64,000 bases of DNA, from contig CAYWKB010000001.1 of NCBI GenBank assembly GCA_964459225.1, positions 426,163 to 490,162 on the forward strand, in the 5' to 3' direction. Made by a program: the position numbers and the translations under genes. The notes under the pieces are model-generated. The model made no database searches and was not told the origin of the DNA. It worked only from the letters and a program-made list of their open reading frames with translations. Positions 58,640-64,000 of this stretch are shown piece after piece. Source of the DNA: an uncultured Candidatus Saccharibacteria bacterium. GTDB lineage: Bacteria > Patescibacteriota > Minisyncoccia > Phycocordibacterales > PALSA-1337. Positions within the stretch are counted from its first letter, which is position 1, and the number at the start of each line of letters is the position of its first letter.

Positions 58640-59284
58640 ATGGCATATATTTTTATGGATGAATCTGGTGATCTAGGTTTTAATTTCAAAAAGAAGAAAA
58701 CTTCTCAGTACTTTATAGTAACTTTTATTTTTACAAGAGACAAAAGATCATTGGAGAAGATTGTTAAAAAGATATTTAAAAGTTTTACTAAAAATGAGAT
58801 AAAGAACCATGATGGAGTTTTGCATGCATATAAAGAATCACCGAAAACAAGGCAAAAATTACTTAATATGTTCCATGAGAAAAAAGATGCTGATATAATT
58901 ACTATTTATTTAAATAAGAAAAAGGTTTATACAAAACTTCATGATGAAAAGCATGTTTTATATAATTATGTCACAAATATATTACTTGATCGTGTTTGTA
59001 CTAAAAAAATAATCCCAATCGATAAGAAAATCACTGTTATAGCCTCAAGAAGAGAGACAAATAAATACTTAAATAATAACTTTTCTTCATATATAAAAGA
59101 CCGAGCAAAGAATAATCATAAGTTAGATATTGAAATAGTGATATTATCTCCATCCCAAGAAAAAAGTTTGCAAATTGCAGATATGATATCTTGGGCGATA
59201 TTTAGAAAATATGAGCATGGAGATGAAACCTACTATAATTTAATTAAACATGAAATAGTTGAGGAGAATCCATTATTTGGATAG
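58640..59284 (+). CDS. DUF3800-like (RNase H-like fold) protein
   Basis: YIFMDESGDLG at N-terminus, S....LQIADMI at C-terminus. Confidence 0.85.
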   Translation: MAYIFMDESGDLGFNFKKKKTSQYFIVTFIFTRDKRSLEKIVKKIFKSFTKNEIKNHDGVLHAYKESPKTRQKLLNMFHEKKDADIITIYLNKKKVYTKLHDEKHVLYNYVTNILLDRVCTKKIIPIDKKITVIASRRETNKYLNNNFSSYIKDRAKNNHKLDIEIVILSPSQEKSLQIADMISWAIFRKYEHGDETYYNLIKHEIVEENPLFG

Positions 59285-59291
59285 TTCCTAT

Positions 59292-59362
59292 AAAAAGCAA
59301 AGCCCCGAACGCTATATAGTGGAACCATACGGAGCCACACGCTCGGGGAATTACTTGCTTGG
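59292..59362 (-). ncRNA. Candidate DUF3800-associated structured RNA, convergent with the gene
   Basis: Nested helices AAGCAA/UUGCUU, CCCCGAGCG/CGUUCGGGG, GUGG/CCAC; promoter-like sequence upstream, U tract downstream. Confidence 0.65.
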
Positions 59363-59397
59363 TTATATTATTACACAAAATAAAATATAAATCAAGC

Positions 59398-59406
59398 TTA
59401 TCCACA
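59398..59406 (+). promoter_or_regulatory. Consensus DnaA box
   Basis: TTATCCACA, intergenic. Confidence 0.5.
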
Positions 59407-59481
59407 GGTATGTTTTTAATTAAATATGTACAAGAATTCTATCTTTATTTTTGCTATAAAAATGTTAGAATTGTACACATA

Positions 59482-59814
59482 ATGAATCCTGTTGTAAGTA
59501 AAAATGTAAAAATTGTCATATTCGTACCAGAGACCCATGCAAATGTGGTCCGTGAGGCTATGGGCAAAGCAGGTGCCGGTAAAATAGGTAATTACACCTA
59601 TTGTTCTTTTTCATCAAAGGGAATCGGCAGGTTTAGACCAGAACAAGGTGCAAATCCACATATAGGGGAAGTCGGTAAATTTGAGGAAGTTGAGGAAGAA
59701 AGAATTGAAACAGTCTGTACGAGAGAAAGTATAGATGCAGTAATTAAAGCAATGAAAAAGGTTCATCCATATGAAGAGGTCGCTTTTGATATTTACCCAT
59801 TGGAAAATATATAA
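59482..59814 (+). CDS. YqfO/Nif3 PII-like insert-domain protein
   Basis: GAG.IGNY..CSF...G.G.F.P..GANP.IG, HPYEE.A. Confidence 0.85.
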   Translation: MNPVVSKNVKIVIFVPETHANVVREAMGKAGAGKIGNYTYCSFSSKGIGRFRPEQGANPHIGEVGKFEEVEEERIETVCTRESIDAVIKAMKKVHPYEEVAFDIYPLENI

Positions 59815-59820
59815 TCAAAC

Positions 59821-59850
59821 AAAAAACACCACGCTCGAAAGCGTGGTGTT
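59821..59850. terminator. Bidirectional terminator
   Basis: AACACCACGCT-CGAA-AGCGTGGTGTT. Confidence 0.8.
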
Positions 59851-59885
59851 GTGCCGCAAACAGACAATAGCTATGTGCGTAAAAT

Positions 59886-60662
59886 TCAGTGAACTCGGCG
59901 ATTGTAGAAACTCAGTTCTAGTCTTCCATTTTTTCCTTTTGCCGGATCACCTGCATAATGAGTTACCCCACAATTAATCGGTTTTTCATGTTCATCCAGA
60001 TAGATAAACTGTTCCGGTGTAAGCCTTTCTAAGTTGGCTCGAAACGCAAGTTTAGTCAGATGATGTGATACTACCCAAACATGTGCGCCAGCGTATTCAC
60101 GTACAAGAGTAGTTTTGAATGAGCGAATCCTCTCGCGTACTTCTGAGACTGATTCACCCTGTGGATACTGGTACCAGTACTTGCCCTGCATTTCGTATAG
60201 AGCACGCTGTTCTGGATGAATTGTTTGAAAAATTCTCCAGTCACTGTATAGAAGCGCAAGGCCGTGCTCTTGTTCGCGTACTCGATCTTCGGGAATAACT
60301 GTTACCTTGTTGAGTTCGTTTGAATTAGCACCAACTGTAATCATTTCCCATGTTAACATGGTGCGTAGATAAGGAGACACGAAAACCACATCAGGCATAT
60401 GTACAAGCGAAATAATCTTTTTGCCTAGTGCAACAGCCTGTTTCCGTCCATCAGTTGTAATGTCAGTTTTGTAATCACTTACTTTTTGAGCAAATTTTTC
60501 CTGAAGAACAAGTGCCGTTTTCTTTAATTTCTTAGGATTAACACGATTATCAAAGTCCACAACGAACTTACGATACTCCGGGTCATTCTTTTTCCTGTCA
60601 CGCAAGACATTGTATGTTGATTGCGCGTGACGTATTATTGTCAAACTTAGAGGCCACTTCAT
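59886..60662 (-). CDS. Histidine phosphatase (phosphoglycerate mutase superfamily)
   Basis: IRHAQS, SPYLRT, REQEHG, GES, VSH; AAGGAG SD. Confidence 0.88.
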   Translation of the reverse strand: MKWPLSLTIIRHAQSTYNVLRDRKKNDPEYRKFVVDFDNRVNPKKLKKTALVLQEKFAQKVSDYKTDITTDGRKQAVALGKKIISLVHMPDVVFVSPYLRTMLTWEMITVGANSNELNKVTVIPEDRVREQEHGLALLYSDWRIFQTIHPEQRALYEMQGKYWYQYPQGESVSEVRERIRSFKTTLVREYAGAHVWVVSHHLTKLAFRANLERLTPEQFIYLDEHEKPINCGVTHYAGDPAKGKNGRLELSFYNRRVH

Positions 60663-60736
60663 GGGTCTCCTTTCTCTTTAATTCCTCAGAGCACTACGCT
60701 TTTGAGGGGGTTATGTCCATATTTTTTATACCACTT

Positions 60737-61159
60737 CTATATTACATAGTCAATAACCCACTCAATCCCATATCTATCCCTAAACATTCCAAAATAAGTG
60801 CCCCAAGGGCTTTTATCCATAGGCATTTCTATTTCTCCTCCCGATGAAAGTTCGCTAAATATTTTATCCGCTTCTTCCTTACTCTCCACCATTATTGAAA
60901 TCTTACTTCTATTTTCTTTTTCATTAACCTTTCCCATAAATCCTGGTATATCATTTCCAATCAAAATATTATTTGTACCTATAGGTAATGCTATATACAT
61001 AATCTTATTTTCCTCCTCTTTAGAAACTGGAAAATCGGAACTTGCTATATCTTTGAATCTAATAATTTTTGTAAATTCACCACCGAATATTGATTTATAA
61101 AAAGAAAAAGCTTCTTCTGCATTACCATTAAAATTTATCCAAGGATTTATTGTTGTCAT
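60737..61159 (-). CDS. VOC family (PhnB-like) protein
   Basis: P.INFNGNAEEA..FY..IFGG, WG..FGM..D.YGI.W. Confidence 0.9.
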   Translation of the reverse strand: MTTINPWINFNGNAEEAFSFYKSIFGGEFTKIIRFKDIASSDFPVSKEEENKIMYIALPIGTNNILIGNDIPGFMGKVNEKENRSKISIMVESKEEADKIFSELSSGGEIEMPMDKSPWGTYFGMFRDRYGIEWVIDYVI

Positions 61160-61199
61160 AGTATAAAGATAACAGATTTTTATCATTAATAAAATACAT

Positions 61200-61454
61200 A
61201 AACAAAAGAGCTACCGGAAATGGTAGCTCAGGCGAAGTGGGAAAAAGGGAAGGAAGGAAAAGTTGAAATAAAGAACAAAAGAACAGGGAACACAAACATA
61301 GTTTGTGCAAGTGATGAAACGGATTCATCACTTAATAAAATGGGCCATATCGCGTCACACAAGGTGAATTTGCATTATAGGCACGCGAGTTTAGGATATG
61401 CAGTATCCTTGGTCATTCGACCATTTTGGGCCTCATTTCAATGATCCCGATCCG
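61200..61454 (-). ncRNA. Candidate orphan structured RNA with polypyrimidine tract
   Basis: TTGTAC-17-TATATT promoter, six hairpins, about 60-nt C/U tract, terminator, no credible ORF. Confidence 0.55.
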
Positions 61455-61509
61455 ATATAAATATAGCATGTTCTTTAAAAAAGTACAAGTAATATTTACA
61501 TAAAAGCAG

Positions 61510-61536
61510 AAACCCGCCAGTGAACTGGACGGGTTT
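61510..61536 (-). terminator. Bulged hairpin terminator
   Basis: AAACCCG-CCAG-TGAA-CTGG-A-CGGGTTT. Confidence 0.7.
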
Positions 61537-61553
61537 GTGTGTCGATTGCCTAA

Positions 61554-61760
61554 CTAGAGATTCGACTCAAACTCTCTATTGCAAATATTGCATTTCAATA
61601 CAGAACCTGGTCTGTGGTCCTTTGGGTGCATAATGCCCTTACAACCATTATGTCCACATTTTGGATGAATAACTATATGTCTTGAAGTTAATCCAGTGCC
61701 ACCGCATTTTTCGCAATGGCTATTTCCGTGACAATCACAATGAATAGTTGTTATATTCAT
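61554..61760 (-). CDS. Small Cys-rich zinc-finger-like protein
   Basis: CDCHG, CEKCGGTG, CGHNGCKG, CNIC; TTGACT-17-TAATTT promoter. Confidence 0.65.
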   Translation of the reverse strand: MNITTIHCDCHGNSHCEKCGGTGLTSRHIVIHPKCGHNGCKGIMHPKDHRPGSVLKCNICNREFESNL

Positions 61761-61926
61761 ACAATATATTGGTTAAATTTACTTCTAAACCCTTTCTAAA
61801 ATTACATTATTTTGTATATGTAGTCAAAAGTATTATAAATAAAAGTATAATTTTGTAATTTAAAAAGCTATTCTACAACTTTTCATGTATAATTAAATGC
61901 TAATAGCAAATAATCATAATAAAAAA

Positions 61927-62361
61927 ATGAATTCAAAAGATTTAACAAAAATGCCTCCAAGAAGTGCGTATGAAAGAATAGCAGGTTTTGCAATACTTGC
62001 TCGTGCCATAGACAAATGTGCAGCAACAATAGCGGGTACAAATGGCGAATATAATTTTGATTGTCCGGTAGACAATGCTTTGTTTATATTTAAGGGAATA
62101 AACTCAGAAGAATTTAAAGCCTATGTAGCGGAAGGTCATACAGATGAAGAAATAGGTTTATGGGTTAAAAATCATGGTATGTCAAAAACTGAAGAAGAAA
62201 TAAATGCATGGTCAAATGCCTTCAAAAATGATTTTTCTTATTCAACAGATTCAAACAAAAAGGATTGGTTTATAGGAGAGTGCACAAGACTAAATCTTGA
62301 TCCTATGAAGACAACGCTTTTTGATTATTTAGATGTGGATGATAAGGTGAGTTTTAAGTAA
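61927..62361 (+). CDS. DUF5069-like protein
   Basis: DL...PPRS......G...L.R.IDK..A...GT.GEY...CP.D. Confidence 0.75.
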   Translation: MNSKDLTKMPPRSAYERIAGFAILARAIDKCAATIAGTNGEYNFDCPVDNALFIFKGINSEEFKAYVAEGHTDEEIGLWVKNHGMSKTEEEINAWSNAFKNDFSYSTDSNKKDWFIGECTRLNLDPMKTTLFDYLDVDDKVSFK

Positions 62362-62379
62362 TTGATGATAATGAAAATT

Positions 62380-62412
62380 AAAAAATCCCCGAAAGGGATT
62401 TTTTGTTTTTTT
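62380..62412 (+). terminator. Intrinsic terminator
   Basis: AAAAAATCCC-CGAAA-GGGATTTTTT. Confidence 0.75.
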
Positions 62413-62432
62413 AAATCAAGATCTAGTTATGC

Positions 62433-62610
62433 AAAAGAAAACCACCTGTTTCCTTTTGGAATAGATTCCTATTATGCCCTGCAGAGCATTACATCGTTTG
62501 ATTATTCACTGCGGCGTAGCTGATCCGCAATTACTACATTAACGAATAAGAATCACAGGTGGAGTGGATTATACCGCACATCGCTTTTATCCTTATCCAA
62601 GGGAGCGATG
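62433..62610 (-). ncRNA. Candidate orphan multibranch structured RNA
   Basis: TGn-TAGTAT promoter, long-range helices CCACCUGU/ACAGGUGG and GAUUCUUAUU/AAUAGGAAUC, U tract, no ORF over 15 aa. Confidence 0.55.
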
Positions 62611-62659
62611 GTTAAATACTATCATAAAATTTAATTTGAGTGAAACTGGCAAATTTAGC

Positions 62660-62698
62660 AAAAGAAAAACCCGCCGACGATTAGGACGTCGTGCGGGT
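62660..62698 (-). terminator. Bulged hairpin terminator
   Basis: ACCCGC-CGACG-ATTAGGA-CGTCG-T-GCGGGT next to an A tract. Confidence 0.7.
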
Positions 62699-62713
62699 CA
62701 TGTGCCTCTTAAC

Positions 62714-63571
62714 TCAATCATACTTACCACCGAATGGACCACTAAGTGATGTGAGACCATTCTGTATCATCCTGCCAGTTAATTTCTTATACTCATCTTT
62801 TATGAGTGACTCAATATCAGAATTTTCTGGTGCTCCGTGAAGTATCCAAAGTCCACCATGATCATCAAAGAATCCTGTACCACTCTCTCCGATCAGTGAT
62901 TTCTTATCTATTAGGATAAAAACGGCACCATTTATTTTATCAACCTTAGAGTAGCCGACAGCCTCAAATGATTTTCCAGAAATTAGTGATTTCACTTTCC
63001 TAACTCGCTGATTTTGTATGGTAACCTCTCCCCAGAAATTCTGGCTCTCCTCTCCATCATTGAATCTAGAGTACGGTGTGAACTGTGTTGGCTGTGACCC
63101 CATTTTTAAAATCACAGCATCTCTCTCTTCTCCGTTAAAGTCACTACCTGTTTTTACTATCTCCATTAAGTATCTTTTTACGGGATCAGTCGCACCCCTT
63201 AGAAGTTTTATACTGAAGATTGATTTGTTTTTGATAGTGTTCCGGAAGATGTGTTCAGCTGTTATTATGTTCAGCTCCTTGTCCTTATTAATGAACACGG
63301 TTCCAACACAACAATATCTATTTACATCACCATCGTTTTGATAATAGATTATTACAGGCTCATAGCCAGGAGAAACTTCATTTGTCGTAACCATGGAAGA
63401 AACATACTCTTCCATATCAACTTCAGCTATTTTCTTTTGTGACTTTCTATCGACATAAGGCCATAAAAAAATAAGTGCCAAAAATCCTATTATGGACAGA
63501 GTGATGATAAATGTAAGAGCTACTTTACGTTGCTCTACCATTGATCTTTTGTTTCTGATTTTCTTTTTCAA
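62714..63571 (-). CDS. Membrane-anchored trypsin-like serine protease
   Basis: TM, ITAEH (His), DAVILK (Asp), GESGTG (Ser); GGAGGT SD, TTGACT-17-TATTAT promoter. Confidence 0.75.
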   Translation of the reverse strand: MKKKIRNKRSMVEQRKVALTFIITLSIIGFLALIFLWPYVDRKSQKKIAEVDMEEYVSSMVTTNEVSPGYEPVIIYYQNDGDVNRYCCVGTVFINKDKELNIITAEHIFRNTIKNKSIFSIKLLRGATDPVKRYLMEIVKTGSDFNGEERDAVILKMGSQPTQFTPYSRFNDGEESQNFWGEVTIQNQRVRKVKSLISGKSFEAVGYSKVDKINGAVFILIDKKSLIGESGTGFFDDHGGLWILHGAPENSDIESLIKDEYKKLTGRMIQNGLTSLSGPFGGKYD

Positions 63572-63724
63572 TTGTACCTCCAGTTGCGAGACTCACGTCT
63601 CATGTTTAAAAGTCTACTAAATATAATAATACACTTATTTAGCAAAGTCAATAGGTAAAATAATTATACTTATATAATTACAAAAGTGAAATACAAAGAC
63701 ACTACACGATTATGTAATTCATAA

Positions 63725-64000
63725 TTATTTTTTAGCTATTACATGATAGATGTGCCAATGCTTAATACCACCTGTAGCAGTTTTGTCATCCTTTTCATCT
63801 TCCTTGAAATAAACAATTTCAAAGTCACTAAAAAGTTCCTCGACTTGCTCTCGCGTATGAAATGTCATGTTTGGACTAGTTTTCCATTCGTCTCGCTCAC
63901 CAAAAAATTGACCGCAAAATATTCCGTCTTCCTTGAGCGAATTCTTTATGTTTTTAAACACCTGGATGAAGTGTTCAGGGGCGGTAAATGGAAGTGCAAA
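63725..64000 (-). CDS. Class I SAM methyltransferase, C-terminal part (5' end outside window)
   Basis: Frame open to window edge: FALPF...SLKEDG.FCGQFFG.RDEW...KHWH..HVIA. Confidence 0.75.
   Translation of the reverse strand, partial: FALPFTAPEHFIQVFKNIKNSLKEDGIFCGQFFGERDEWKTSPNMTFHTREQVEELFSDFEIVYFKEDEKDDKTATGGIKHWHIYHVIAKK

Noticed and set aside
61128-61444. ORFs 61220-61444 (+) and 61128-61331 (-)
   Set aside because: They start within or run through a terminator and reflect the purine/pyrimidine tract; signals fit a minus-strand RNA better
62490-62545. Twister or hammerhead ribozyme (UUAAUGUAG resemblance)
   Set aside because: The remaining conserved core elements could not be found by eye

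Overview
AT-rich bacterial chromosome segment using the standard genetic code (TGA is a stop, e.g. murJ). Gene content suggests a Patescibacteria/CPR (Parcubacteria-like) organism; this is an inference. Positions 1-52 kb are mostly core genes: the 3' part of RNase P RNA, murJ, lepA, valS, rplU, obgE, gatB, tgt, rplY, rpmE, prfA, rpsB, tsf, a monomeric PheRS, gyrB and three tRNAs. This part also holds two signalling clusters, an ECF sigma factor and a 1529-aa fibre-like surface protein. Many core genes have a -10 box only 6-8 nt before the ATG, so they look leaderless. Positions 52.6-64 kb form an accessory tract of self-contained single-gene units (sigma70 promoter, often a boxA-like leader or SD, ORF, interrupted hairpin terminator); two of these share an identical 33-bp hairpin. 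The best leads are (1) a DUF3800-like RNase-H-fold gene with a convergent structured small RNA, (2) two orphan ORF-less structured RNA candidates near 61.3 and 62.5 kb, (3) the cassette architecture, and (4) a matched pair of divergent ECF-type promoters. No CRISPR array, transposase or integrase was seen. All family calls are motif recognition by eye; no database search was run.
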